Assembly: GCA_043783135.1 (NCBI GenBank) | Contig: JAYVZR010000052.1 | Location: 1 to 41,803, forward strand | Origin: Ferruginibacter sp. | GTDB taxonomy: Bacteria > Bacteroidota > Bacteroidia > Chitinophagales > Chitinophagaceae | Direction: 5' to 3' | DNA: 41,803 nucleotides | Shown here: piece after piece, positions 19,045-29,138 of the stretch | Layout of the letters: every line of letters starts with the position of its first letter | Position numbering within the stretch: position 1 is the first letter of the stretch | The notes under the pieces: generated by a model | Database searches by the model: none | Told to the model about the DNA's origin: nothing | The model's input: only the letters and a program-made list of their open reading frames with translations | Made by a program: the position numbers and the translations under genes

Positions 19045-21537
19045 TTATTTCTTTCTTTTTAATTGAAGATAGTCAAGGTAAAAAAGAATTTTTACAGAAA
19101 GGCTGTTACTTTGAGGTGCATTAATATTGTGGTTGAAGTTGTGAAAATAATTATCTTCTACAATCCTTTCATTGATATTGCTGCCATTTTTCCATACAAC
19201 ATCAAATTGGCTGCCTGGTGCAAAAAGCCAGCTGTACACCATATCAACATTAAAAATGTTGTAGTTATTATTAAAATTTTGATTACTCTCAATGAATTCG
19301 TTTAAGGAGGTATTTCCTGCTTTTATTTTATCAAGATTTCCTTCAGTATTTAAAACATATATTTCCTTATTATTTACTTTACTCCAATAATGTCTTATCC
19401 GCATGGTGATAAACATTTTTTTATTGAAGTTGTACTTAAATATCAATCGGTTTTCTATAGTGCTTCTGTTGCGGCGCCCAAATAGTACAGTATCTACACC
19501 AGTATGATTATATATACCTGCAAAACCAGCCCCATTACAAATTGGATCGTAAGTAATATTACTTTGAATAGAAAACTTATTACTAAAACGCATGGATTGG
19601 TTAACCTCAGTATAAAATTCTTTTGAATTATAAAGAGATGTTCCACCCAGCATGCCTGCCACATTTACACTATATTTTTTTGACTCATTCGTTTGAACAA
19701 AAAAACCCTGGTTATAAGAAGCTGGGCTCTTAAATACACGTCCGCTAATTCTTGGCTCATAAAAATCATTACCTTTTACATTGCCAAAAATGAACATGCC
19801 CACCCGCCATAAGTTTTTTAATTGAATGTTTCCATTGTAATGATACATCAGCGTTTGATACGAGCCCGGTTTATAAAGCCGATCGTAGCTGATATTTACA
19901 AAATTGTTCCAGCGGTTATACCATTTATGTGGCGTTGAAATATTATAACTTGCATTGACAGTGGTATTTATATTGTTATTAAAAAGCTGTATGCCTAAAT
20001 CATTCGGATCAAATTTATCATCTATTACCTGCATGTTTAATGAAGCATTAAACATGCCACTTACTTTTCCAAAACCTGCTCCATACTTATAGCCTGTAAT
20101 ATTTTTAGAGTTGAAAATTGTACTTGTATAAAAGTTACCATTCAGGTTCCATTTATTTTTTTTGTCATACAGGTCAACTAAGCCTGCTGTTACATTTGCA
20201 TCACGCTCTGCCCCATCTCTGATTACATTAGAATTTACAAATGTTACTGATGAATTGTTTTTCAGGCTTTGATCCAGCACAATAATATTATAATTGGTTA
20301 AAGGGCTAGTTTGTATTTCCCGTGTTTGCTCCTTGGCACTGTCTGCTATGGTAGCATACATTGGTTTAGTAATGGCATTAAATACTCCAATACCTAAGTT
20401 TCCTTTAGTTCTTCCCGAAATTTTTATGGCATTAATCAATTTGGTTTCAGCTGGGTTATTGGTAATGTATTCCGTACTTTTTAATTGACTGCTTACATCA
20501 TAGAGGTGCAGGGGTTCTCCGCCGATACGCCTGCTGTAAAATAAATTACCCTTATTAAACAGTTCTGTACCTTCTGTAAAAAAGGTCCTGTTCTCATTAT
20601 ACTTTACTTCAAACGGGCTAAGATTGAGTATTTTATTATCGCTTTGGGTTTGGCCAAAATCCGGAATCAATGTTGCATCCAGTGTAAAGCTTTCATTAAT
20701 TCCATACTTAATATCCATACCGCCGTTAATTGCATAAGTGGTATTTTTAACACCCGGCGTATTGTAAGGATAGTTATTTACATAAGAAGATAAATAGGGC
20801 GAAAAAGACAAACGCAATGGCGGGGCAATTTTATCAGGGATAGTTAAGGTTCCTTCCTGGGTAAGAAAACCATTTTTTTGAGGATCAATTGAATTCCAGA
20901 ATAATTGCTGGCCCGATTTATTTCTCATGCGAACAATATTCATTCCCCATACCTGTTGATCTTTTTTACTAAAGCGCAATGCAGAATAGGGCAAAAACAT
21001 TTCAAAACTCCAACCGTCATTTCGCATTACTGAAGCACTTTGCCAAACACCGTTCCACGAAAAATCTTCACTGTCACCATTACTGTTGGGCGCATGTTTG
21101 GCATCCATCTGTTCGCCTAATGGAGTTACAAAATATTCAAACCCATTTATTTTGTCGTAATAGGTATCAAAAACTACACCTATAAAATCATTGTTGCCAA
21201 AATTATCCCTGCCCACCAATTGAGTTGAAATACTGTCTTTATTTTTTTCGTGACAATAACCACCAATATAAATACCCTGGTCATTGTGCAAAATATAAAT
21301 TTCCGTTCTGTTTGCATCGTCTTCTTTTCTAAACGGTTGTGGCCTTAGCTCAATAAAATTAGTGGCAAGGGGTGCATTTTTCCAGGCGGGTTCATCCAAT
21401 ACACCATCTATTTTAAATACAGCTGTAGATCGTACAGTTATTAATTGCTTAAAATCTGTTTGTGCAACCGCCATAAAATGCCATCCAAGACATGCTATCA
21501 GTATTGTCAAAAATCTTTTGGTAACGGTTAAGTGCAT
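19045..21537 (-). CDS. CBM9-like / DUF5916 domain outer-membrane protein
   Basis: Signal peptide; IDG.LDE.AW, D......FDTY.D..NGF.F...P.G.Q.D, PDFGQ..SD...LNL.PFE....ENR.FFTEG and YSRRIG motifs. Confidence 0.85.
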   Translation of the reverse strand: MHLTVTKRFLTILIACLGWHFMAVAQTDFKQLITVRSTAVFKIDGVLDEPAWKNAPLATNFIELRPQPFRKEDDANRTEIYILHNDQGIYIGGYCHEKNKDSISTQLVGRDNFGNNDFIGVVFDTYYDKINGFEYFVTPLGEQMDAKHAPNSNGDSEDFSWNGVWQSASVMRNDGWSFEMFLPYSALRFSKKDQQVWGMNIVRMRNKSGQQLFWNSIDPQKNGFLTQEGTLTIPDKIAPPLRLSFSPYLSSYVNNYPYNTPGVKNTTYAINGGMDIKYGINESFTLDATLIPDFGQTQSDNKILNLSPFEVKYNENRTFFTEGTELFNKGNLFYSRRIGGEPLHLYDVSSQLKSTEYITNNPAETKLINAIKISGRTKGNLGIGVFNAITKPMYATIADSAKEQTREIQTSPLTNYNIIVLDQSLKNNSSVTFVNSNVIRDGAERDANVTAGLVDLYDKKNKWNLNGNFYTSTIFNSKNITGYKYGAGFGKVSGMFNASLNMQVIDDKFDPNDLGIQLFNNNINTTVNASYNISTPHKWYNRWNNFVNISYDRLYKPGSYQTLMYHYNGNIQLKNLWRVGMFIFGNVKGNDFYEPRISGRVFKSPASYNQGFFVQTNESKKYSVNVAGMLGGTSLYNSKEFYTEVNQSMRFSNKFSIQSNITYDPICNGAGFAGIYNHTGVDTVLFGRRNRSTIENRLIFKYNFNKKMFITMRIRHYWSKVNNKEIYVLNTEGNLDKIKAGNTSLNEFIESNQNFNNNYNIFNVDMVYSWLFAPGSQFDVVWKNGSNINERIVEDNYFHNFNHNINAPQSNSLSVKILFYLDYLQLKRKK

Positions 21538-21767
21538 TTTTTAATTAAGCAGTGTATTTAAAATAACTTAAATCGCCACGAAATTAAACGTACATCTCTA
21601 CCAAATGTTACCATTTATCAAAATTAAAAATTGATTAGGGTTTCTTTAACAAAGACAGGGAAAGATAAAACATGATAGTACCATTAATATTGAGAAAATG
21701 TTTTGCAAAAAGTATTCCTTCGTTAACATGCAACGTTTTATATAATGGATTAAATGAATACCTTTTA

Positions 21768-22586
21768 TTAAACAAAAAGATCTTTATACAACTCTGCCCC
21801 TGGTACAATGGCATATTTATCAAAATCAGTTATCCCGTCTGTAGCCAGTACTTCTTCGTCAATAAAACTATTGCCGGTACATACAGCAGATGCTTTCGAC
21901 AAAATAACCCAGGCAGCATCTGCCATAATATCTGTAGTACGGCTCATGTTCATCAGTATTTGGCCACCCAATAAATTATTAACCGCTGCAGTGGCAATGG
22001 TAGTACGTGGCCACAGGGTATTGGCCGCAATATTGTATTTTTTTAATTCAGCTGCCAATCCCAAAGCAATCATGGTCATATCATATTTACTTATTGTGTA
22101 GGCGAGGTGGTTAGCAAACCATTTCATATCCATATTAATTGGTGGCGACAGGTTTAATATATGAGCATTAGTGCCTTTTTTTAAATAAGGTATACAGGCA
22201 CGGCTAACCATAAAAGTCCCACGTACATTAATATCATACATTAAATCAAATCGTTTGGGTTCTGTCAGTTCCGTAGTGGTTAGGTTAATAGCGCTGGCAT
22301 TATTTATAAGTATATCTATTCCTCCAAATTTTTCCACAGCCTTGTCTACCACCTGCTGTATCTGGTCTTCAAAACGAATATCGCATTGTACTGCCAATGC
22401 CTTTCCACCTACAGCTTCCATCTCTGCGGCAGCAGAATAGATAGTCCCCCCCAGTCTGGGATTTTCTTCTACACTTTTAGATGCAATTACAATATTGGCG
22501 CCTTCTTTAGCAAGGCGTAAACCAATGGCTTTACCAATACCCCGGGAAGCTCCGGTTATTAAGACTGTTCTGTTTTTAAACGACAT
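21768..22586 (-). CDS. Short-chain dehydrogenase/reductase (HSDL2-like)
   Basis: Likely start MSFKNRT; ITGASRGIG, NNASAI, ILNLSPP, YTISK and LWPRT.IATAA motifs. Confidence 0.9.
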   Translation of the reverse strand: MSFKNRTVLITGASRGIGKAIGLRLAKEGANIVIASKSVEENPRLGGTIYSAAAEMEAVGGKALAVQCDIRFEDQIQQVVDKAVEKFGGIDILINNASAINLTTTELTEPKRFDLMYDINVRGTFMVSRACIPYLKKGTNAHILNLSPPINMDMKWFANHLAYTISKYDMTMIALGLAAELKKYNIAANTLWPRTTIATAAVNNLLGGQILMNMSRTTDIMADAAWVILSKASAVCTGNSFIDEEVLATDGITDFDKYAIVPGAELYKDLFV

Positions 22587-22698
22587 GGTAAATTGTTTTC
22601 TCAAATCTAATCAAAAAGCCGGTGAACAAACTAATTGAGAAAATTAATTACCCATAATATTTTAGCCAGATAACAGTATGAAAAAAAATATTAAAAAA

Positions 22699-22743
22699 AA
22701 TTAAACGTTTGTTTGATTTTAATTAAACGTTTGTTTAACTTTG
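22699..22743 (+). promoter_or_regulatory. Tandem putative TetR operators overlapping a Bacteroidota promoter
   Basis: AATTAAACGTTTGTTT at 22699-22714 and 22721-22736; TTTG (22712-22715), 20-nt spacer, TAACTTTG (22736-22743). Confidence 0.7.
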
Positions 22744-22762
22744 TGTTTTCATATTACAGATC

Positions 22763-23392
22763 ATGGATTTTACTGAAAAGCAAATACAAATTATAGAGAC
22801 GGCAGAACAGCTTTTTGCCGAAAGAGGTTTTGATGGAACGTCTGTAAGGGATATAGCAGATGAAGTTGGAATAAATGTGGCAATGATTTCTTACTATTTT
22901 GGATCGAAGGAAAAGCTACTGGAAGCCTTATTTGAATTAAGAGTAGGAAGTGTGAAAATAAGAGTGGAGAGTTTAATTAAAGATGATAGTCTTACCCCTA
23001 TTGAAAAAGTGAACATGCTGATTGACGAGCATATTGAGCGGGTAATGCAAAAACCATGTTTCCATAAAATTATGATTGGCGCACAGGTAACCAATAAAAA
23101 TCCTTTCATTTTAAAAGCTGCCAATAAAGTTAAAATACGAAATGCAGAAGTAGTATCAGAACTAATTAAAGATGGGCAGAAAAAAGGCATATTTAAAAAG
23201 AAAATAGATGTGGTAATGATGATTAATACAATGGTTGGTACTGTATCGCAAACTATCATGAGCCAGGAATACTACCGGGAATTTAATAATCAGCAAAATA
23301 TTCCTGATGCTGAATTTATGGCTGTTTTAAAAAGAAGATTAAGCATTCACATTAAAATATTATTCAAAGCAATATTAACCAATGAAGCATAA
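22763..23392 (+). CDS. TetR/AcrR family transcriptional regulator
   Basis: I...AE.LFA..GF.GTSVRDIA...GIN.AMISYYFGSKEKL HTH. Confidence 0.93.
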   Translation: MDFTEKQIQIIETAEQLFAERGFDGTSVRDIADEVGINVAMISYYFGSKEKLLEALFELRVGSVKIRVESLIKDDSLTPIEKVNMLIDEHIERVMQKPCFHKIMIGAQVTNKNPFILKAANKVKIRNAEVVSELIKDGQKKGIFKKKIDVVMMINTMVGTVSQTIMSQEYYREFNNQQNIPDAEFMAVLKRRLSIHIKILFKAILTNEA

Positions 23393-24707
23393 AATGAAAT
23401 CAACAGCGGGGTATTTTATAATAATATTTTGCCTGTTAGGCATACAATCCTTACATGCACAGGATAGGACAAGGAGCATCAGCTTAAAAGAAGCAATTGA
23501 CCTTAGTATTAAAAACAGCCATTTACTAAAAAATAACAAGGCTAAAATAAGTGAAGCAACCGCGGCAATTAATGAAGCCAATGAACGGCGTTTGCCGGAT
23601 GTTACTGTAAAAGGTGCATATCTCTATATCCCCATACAGCCAACCATTAATTTACATAGGGATACCGGAAGTGGTTTTGCAGGGCCAAGGGTAACACAGG
23701 CAGTATATGGAATGGTAAATGCATCTTTACCTATTTATACTGGTGGTAAATTAAAATACGGAATCGAATCAGCAAAATATCTTGAACAGGCTGCCAGGCT
23801 TGATGCGGAAGATAACAGGCAGGCGGTGATATTAAATACCATCAATGCTTATAGCAATTTATACAAATCAATGATAACTGTAAAACTGGTAAAAGACAAT
23901 CTCGTTCAATCAAATCAGCGGGTAAAAGATTTTACCAGCCTCGAAAAAAACGGGTTAGTAGCAAGAAACGATTTGTTGAAAGTATCATTGCAATCTTCTA
24001 ATATAGAACTGGCTGTGCTGGATGCTGAAAACAATTACAAATTAGCCAGTGTAAATATGGCACTGATGCTTGGTTTACCCGAACAGGCTATTTTAATTAC
24101 CGATGAAGCAAGCCTGCAGCAAAATGGCTCAATAAAAACTATTGAAGAATATGAACAACAGGCTATGCTGGGCCGTAATGATATAGGTGCTTTAGCGCTA
24201 CGTAAAAAAGCAGCAGACCTTAGTATTAAATATGCCAAGGCAAATTATTTACCTAACCTGGCATTAACGGCGGGCTATGTTGCAGCAGATATACCCAATT
24301 TTTTAACGCTTACCAATGTAATAACAGTAGGTGTAGGGGTAAACTATTCGCTCTCTTCTTTATGGAAAACAAAATCTACCGTACAGCAGGCACAGGCAAG
24401 GGTTGATCAAATAACTGCCAACCAGGATATGTTGAATGACAATATCCGTCTGCAGATAAATCAGGCTTACCAGGCATATTTATTGAGCCTCAAAAAAATA
24501 GATGTGTACCAAAAAGCAGTGGACCAGGCGGCTGAAAATTACCGCATCACAAAAAATAAATTCGATAACTCATTGGCGACTACAACCGATTTGCTGGATG
24601 CAGACCTGGCACAGTTACAAACAAAATTAAACGTGAGTAATGCAGCAGCAGATGCTGTAGTAGCTTATAATAAATTATTACAAACAGCAGGCCTTTTAAA
24701 TAACTAA
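23382..24707 (+). CDS. TolC family outer-membrane efflux protein
   Basis: Signal peptide; SL.EAI, LP.....G and PI..GG motifs; duplicated helical halves; operon context. Confidence 0.9.
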   Translation: MKHKMKSTAGYFIIIFCLLGIQSLHAQDRTRSISLKEAIDLSIKNSHLLKNNKAKISEATAAINEANERRLPDVTVKGAYLYIPIQPTINLHRDTGSGFAGPRVTQAVYGMVNASLPIYTGGKLKYGIESAKYLEQAARLDAEDNRQAVILNTINAYSNLYKSMITVKLVKDNLVQSNQRVKDFTSLEKNGLVARNDLLKVSLQSSNIELAVLDAENNYKLASVNMALMLGLPEQAILITDEASLQQNGSIKTIEEYEQQAMLGRNDIGALALRKKAADLSIKYAKANYLPNLALTAGYVAADIPNFLTLTNVITVGVGVNYSLSSLWKTKSTVQQAQARVDQITANQDMLNDNIRLQINQAYQAYLLSLKKIDVYQKAVDQAAENYRITKNKFDNSLATTTDLLDADLAQLQTKLNVSNAAADAVVAYNKLLQTAGLLNN

Positions 24708-24739
24708 TCAATACTACACTAAATAATAAAGTTTTTTTT

Positions 24740-25849
24740 ATGGAACAAAACGAAACAACCAACAAACAAACGGATACAACTCCTAAAAAGCGCAGCAAAG
24801 GTTTTCTTATTGTACTGATTCTGCTGGTACTTGCCGGTGGCTGGTTTGGCACTACCAAATACCTGCATGCTCAGCACCACGAAGAAACAGACGATGCACA
24901 AATACAAGCTAATATCAGCCCGGTAATACCCCGTGTGGCAGGGTATGTAAAAGAAGTAAGGGTTAAAGACAACCAGTTTGTTAAAAAAGGTGATACGCTT
25001 TTAATACTGGATGACCGTGACCTTGCATTAAGAGTTAAACAGGCAGAAGCTGCACTGGCAACTGCTCAAAGTAATTTGGGTGCTGCACAGGCTAATACCA
25101 ATGCTTCAAAAGCAAATATTAATACTACCAAAGCGGGTATCTCTACTGCAGATGCACAGATTGAAGCTGCAAAAGTAAATGTATGGAGAACCAGGCAGGA
25201 TTTTGACAGGTATTCAAATCTTATACAGGACCACTCTATAACACAACAACAATTTGAACAGGCACAGGCTGCTAAGGAAACTGCTGAAAAACAATTGCAG
25301 ATAATGATACAGCAAAAAAACCAGGTAGCACAACAAACCTCTGCAGTTAGCTCACTAAGCATAGCTACCTCTTCGCAAATTGGAGTAGCTGTTGCTGTTG
25401 TAAAACAAAGAGAAGTAGATGTAGCGGAGGCAAAACTTAATCTTTCTTACGGAGCAGTAACAGCCCCGGAATCTGGTGTTGTGTCAAAAGTAAATGTACA
25501 GAATGGTCAGTTTTTACAGGCCGGGCAGTCGTTATTCACCATTGTATTAAGCAATGATATTTGGGTGGTAGGTAATTTTAAAGAAACGCAGTTTGAAAAA
25601 ATGAGGATTGGCCAAAGAGTAATCCTACATGCAGATGCATTTGCGGGCCATGAATTTGAAGCGAAGCTTAGTTCTTTTTCACCAGGCACCGGTTCACTTT
25701 TTTCGCTGTTGCCTCCGGATAATGCGAGTGGTAATTTTGTAAAGGTAGTACAGCGTTTACCTGTAAAAATTGAATTTGTAAACCCCACTGATTCGCTGGT
25801 AAAGCAATTAAGGCCGGGTATGAATGTAGATGTGGATGTGCATTTGTAA
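24740..25849 (+). CDS. emrA: HlyD/EmrA family membrane fusion protein
   Basis: N-terminal TM; ETDDAQ, V.DNQ.VKKGD, NFKETQ and FSLLPPDNASGNFVKVVQRLPVKI motifs. Confidence 0.92.
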   Translation: MEQNETTNKQTDTTPKKRSKGFLIVLILLVLAGGWFGTTKYLHAQHHEETDDAQIQANISPVIPRVAGYVKEVRVKDNQFVKKGDTLLILDDRDLALRVKQAEAALATAQSNLGAAQANTNASKANINTTKAGISTADAQIEAAKVNVWRTRQDFDRYSNLIQDHSITQQQFEQAQAAKETAEKQLQIMIQQKNQVAQQTSAVSSLSIATSSQIGVAVAVVKQREVDVAEAKLNLSYGAVTAPESGVVSKVNVQNGQFLQAGQSLFTIVLSNDIWVVGNFKETQFEKMRIGQRVILHADAFAGHEFEAKLSSFSPGTGSLFSLLPPDNASGNFVKVVQRLPVKIEFVNPTDSLVKQLRPGMNVDVDVHL

Positions 25850-25933
25850 ACAGGGAAACGTATCCCATTCCCTGAAGGGGTGCCATTATTGATAACGTCT
25901 TATACTCCTTTGGAATAGGTATAAAATAAATTT

Positions 25934-27514
25934 ATGCAACAAATGGAATCATTGGTAGAATACGGCTCAAGGCGGGTAATCATTACTATCACCGCCATAT
26001 TTTGTGCCTTGCTGGAAATTGTAGATACTACTATTGTAAATGTGGCCCTTAACGATATGCGTGGCTCACTCGGTGCCACGTTAACAGAAGTTGCATGGGT
26101 TATTACAGCTTATGCCATTGGTAATGTAATAATTGTACCCATGACGAGTTGGTTATCTGTGCAGTTTGGGCGCCGCAATTATTTTGCTGCTTCTATTATT
26201 CTTTTTACTGTCTGTTCTTTTTTATGTGGTAATGCCACCGGCATTTGGGAGCTGGTGATTTTTCGTTTTTTGCAGGGCATAGGCGGTGGTGCATTATTGG
26301 TTACTTCACAAACAATCATTACAGAAAGTTATCCTCCTGAAAAAAGAAGCATGGCCCAGGCTATTTACGGTTTAGGCGTAATTATTGGCCCTACACTTGG
26401 GCCACCTTTGGGTGGTTATATTGTAGACCATGCCTCATGGCCGTACATATTTTACATCAACATTCCTATTGGCGTAATTGCTACCTTACTAACGTTACAG
26501 TTTGTACGCAGCCCTAAATATGGCGAAAAAAGTACGGGTAGTAATATTGACTGGCTGGGCATTGGTTTATTGGCAGTTACTGTTGGTGCATTGCAATATG
26601 TTTTAGAAAAAGGGCAGGATGACGACTGGTTCAACAGCAATGTTATTGTGTACCTTGTTGTTGCAGCATTTTTAGGATTATTCTTTTTTATTTGGCGTGA
26701 AACGAGTTTTAAAACCCCGATTGTGGAATTAAGGGTGTTAAAAAATGGTAACCTAAGAGTAGGTACCATCCTATCTTTTATAATGGGTTTTGGTTTGTAT
26801 GGTTCTACTTTTATTATTCCCTTATATACACAATCTATTTTAGGATGGACGGCTCAGCAGGCAGGTATGCTGATGGTACCTGCAGCACTCACAACAGCTT
26901 TTATGATGCCAATTATAGGTAATTTATTACAAAAGGGCGTACCGCAACAATACCTTGTGGCAGGAGGTATGATGCTGTTTTCTATCTTTACTTTTTGGGG
27001 GTATTTTATAGTAACCCCCGATACTGATTCAGATGCCTTTTTCTGGATGTTGATTGTAAGGGGGCTGGGAATGGGCATGTTGTTTATTCCTATAACTGCA
27101 CTTTCATTATCTACTTTAAAAGGGCAGCAAATTGGCCAGGGTGCTGCATTTACGGGTATGATGCGCCAATTGGGCGGCTCTTTTGGAATAGCGTTGATTA
27201 CTACATTTATGTCGAGGCAAAACATGGTACATAGAAGTGCCCTTATCAGTAACCTTGATGTAAACAATCCTGCAATACAACAAAGGGTACAGGCCATGCA
27301 GCACAACTTTATCGGGAAAGGAATAAATACAGATGTGGCACTTAAAAGTGCTTATTCGTCATTGGATCATATGGTAACTAAACAAGCTGCTGTATTATCT
27401 TATATGGATGTATTTTTTTATCTGGGGCTGATGTTTTTAGTTTGCGTACCCTTTGTATTAATGGTAAAAGGCAATAAAGCAAAAAAAGTAGATCTTTCTG
27501 AAGCGATGCACTAA
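25934..27514 (+). CDS. emrB: DHA2 family MFS efflux permease (EmrB/QacA)
   Basis: D.TIVNVAL, WVIT.Y, FGRR, FR.LQG.GGG, GP.LGP.LGG and WPYIFYINIPIG motifs; about 14 TM helices. Confidence 0.93.
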   Translation: MQQMESLVEYGSRRVIITITAIFCALLEIVDTTIVNVALNDMRGSLGATLTEVAWVITAYAIGNVIIVPMTSWLSVQFGRRNYFAASIILFTVCSFLCGNATGIWELVIFRFLQGIGGGALLVTSQTIITESYPPEKRSMAQAIYGLGVIIGPTLGPPLGGYIVDHASWPYIFYINIPIGVIATLLTLQFVRSPKYGEKSTGSNIDWLGIGLLAVTVGALQYVLEKGQDDDWFNSNVIVYLVVAAFLGLFFFIWRETSFKTPIVELRVLKNGNLRVGTILSFIMGFGLYGSTFIIPLYTQSILGWTAQQAGMLMVPAALTTAFMMPIIGNLLQKGVPQQYLVAGGMMLFSIFTFWGYFIVTPDTDSDAFFWMLIVRGLGMGMLFIPITALSLSTLKGQQIGQGAAFTGMMRQLGGSFGIALITTFMSRQNMVHRSALISNLDVNNPAIQQRVQAMQHNFIGKGINTDVALKSAYSSLDHMVTKQAAVLSYMDVFFYLGLMFLVCVPFVLMVKGNKAKKVDLSEAMH

Positions 27515-27604
27515 CGAATGATGAATTATAAGTGATGAGGTATAAAGCGCCCGATTAAAAATACAGTAGCACAATTTTTATATCGCTTTCTATAAATCAT
27601 TTCA

Positions 27605-27644
27605 AATATTTATCCCGGCAAAAAAATTTGCCGGGATAAATATT
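27605..27644. terminator. Bidirectional terminator between emrB and osmC
   Basis: Perfect 18-bp stem AATATTTATCCCGGCAAA-aaaa-TTTGCCGGGATAAATATT between convergent genes. Confidence 0.8.
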
Positions 27645-27656
27645 AACTACAGTTTT

Positions 27657-28073
27657 TTATAACAATACCGCCGCGTGTGTAATATTTGCATTTAATAATT
27701 TTGATACCGGGCAATTGGCTTTTGCATCTGCAACCGCTGCATCAAATTGCTGCTGGTTGATATCAGGTATTTTTGCCGATACCGTTAAATGCGATTCGGT
27801 GATGGCACCGGCCGCAGGGTCCAAAGTAATTTCGCATTTGGTATTGATTTCATCTGCTGTAAAGCCTGCCGCATTTAAAACAAAACTCAGTTTCATACTA
27901 AAACATCCTGCATGTGCAGCTGCTACCAACTCTTCCGGATTGGTACCAATACCTTCCGCAAACCTTGAATTAAATGAATACTGCGATTTATTCAATAGTG
28001 TACTTTGCGTGGTAAGATTGCCGGTTCCTTCTTTACCTGTGCCGTTCCAAACGGCTGTTGCATTACGTTTCAT
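27657..28073 (-). CDS. osmC: OsmC family peroxiredoxin
   Basis: A.W.G.GKEG.G, YSF.SRF..G.GTNPEEL.AAAHAGCFSM and AKANCPVSK motifs. Confidence 0.95.
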   Translation of the reverse strand: MKRNATAVWNGTGKEGTGNLTTQSTLLNKSQYSFNSRFAEGIGTNPEELVAAAHAGCFSMKLSFVLNAAGFTADEINTKCEITLDPAAGAITESHLTVSAKIPDINQQQFDAAVADAKANCPVSKLLNANITHAAVLL

Positions 28074-28084
28074 TTTTTTATTTT

Positions 28085-28432
28085 TTATTGTTTGGTGAAA
28101 TATGTTTCGTTAAAGCCTACAATTATTTTATTATTTATTTCCACAATAGGCCGCTTAATGATACTTGGATATTCTATCATCAATTTTATGGCCATTTTTT
28201 CATTTGTCGCTTTTTGCTGATCTTCCAATAATAAACTTCTCCAGGTTGTGCTCTTTTTATTTAGCAATAATTCCCATCCTAGTTCCTTGCACCATAGTGT
28301 AAGCTTCTCTTTGCTAACACCGTGTTTTTTATAATCATGAAAATCAACTGCGATATTGCTTTTCTTATACCAATCAAGTGTTTTTTTAATGATATCACAA
28401 TTGGGTATTCCGTAAACAGTAATTATATTCAT
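28085..28432 (-). CDS. ArsC/Spx/MgsR (YffB-like) family protein
   Basis: YGIPNCD..KK, FHDYKK.G, LLNKKSTTWR and P..IKRP motifs. Confidence 0.9.
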   Translation of the reverse strand: MNIITVYGIPNCDIIKKTLDWYKKSNIAVDFHDYKKHGVSKEKLTLWCKELGWELLLNKKSTTWRSLLLEDQQKATNEKMAIKLMIEYPSIIKRPIVEINNKIIVGFNETYFTKQ

Positions 28433-28545
28433 ATTCTGGTACTGATGGTTTTAATCTTTTACATCGCTTTGGAAGAAAGTATCAGCTTTGTAAATTAAAA
28501 ATATAACAACAACCAAGATGTTCCAATTGTTAACTGAAAATTTCC

Positions 28546-29121
28546 TTAATTGGGAAATTGGGCTGTAGGAACTTTAATTGTACCCGTTGGCTTTTTAATA
28601 AGCCATTCTTTAAAATCCTGCCTGGCTTCCATCCCAAATTTACCATCAATTATTTCTGTCTTTCTGCGTATACGTACCGGCTTATCGGTGTAAAATTCTA
28701 CCCCGGTATGGCTTCTGTCCCAATACAATTCATTGCAATACAACGTATCGCCTTTTACATTAATTACTCTTACACTGTCTTTTAAAAAAACTTTGCTTTG
28801 AGTTTCTATATACCTCGCATATTTTGCATCCAGCTTGCTTTCTATGCTGTCCTTGAGATCAAAAAAATCTACATGCACACTTTTAGGAAATTCAATATAA
28901 GGAACTGTATCCTGTACACGGTTTAGCAGAGGCCCGGTTAAAATGGCTTTCTTTTTTCCACCAACAGAATATTTAATCACTACATTTTTTCCTTCTTCCC
29001 TGGCGATATCTTTTTGATTAAATTTTTCTACATCACTCAGTTTGTTTTCGCAACTACATAAAAAAAAGCAGCCGGTAAAAATGGCTGCAATAATATTTAT
29101 ATAATCAGTTATTAATTTCAT
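28546..29121 (-). CDS. lptC: LPS export periplasmic protein LptC (Bacteroidota type)
   Basis: Lipobox LCSC; EFP....VDF, A.YA, DSV.VIN..GDTL...ELYW and TDKPV.I motifs; usual coaX-OMP-lptC context. Confidence 0.8.
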   Translation of the reverse strand: MKLITDYINIIAAIFTGCFFLCSCENKLSDVEKFNQKDIAREEGKNVVIKYSVGGKKKAILTGPLLNRVQDTVPYIEFPKSVHVDFFDLKDSIESKLDAKYARYIETQSKVFLKDSVRVINVKGDTLYCNELYWDRSHTGVEFYTDKPVRIRRKTEIIDGKFGMEARQDFKEWLIKKPTGTIKVPTAQFPN

Positions 29122-29138
29122 GAGCAGTGTAAACCAGA

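Noticed and set aside
27515-27602. ATGATGAATTATAAGTGATGA... possible decayed heptamer or inverted repeat
   Set aside because: Too degenerate and AT-rich to separate from chance.
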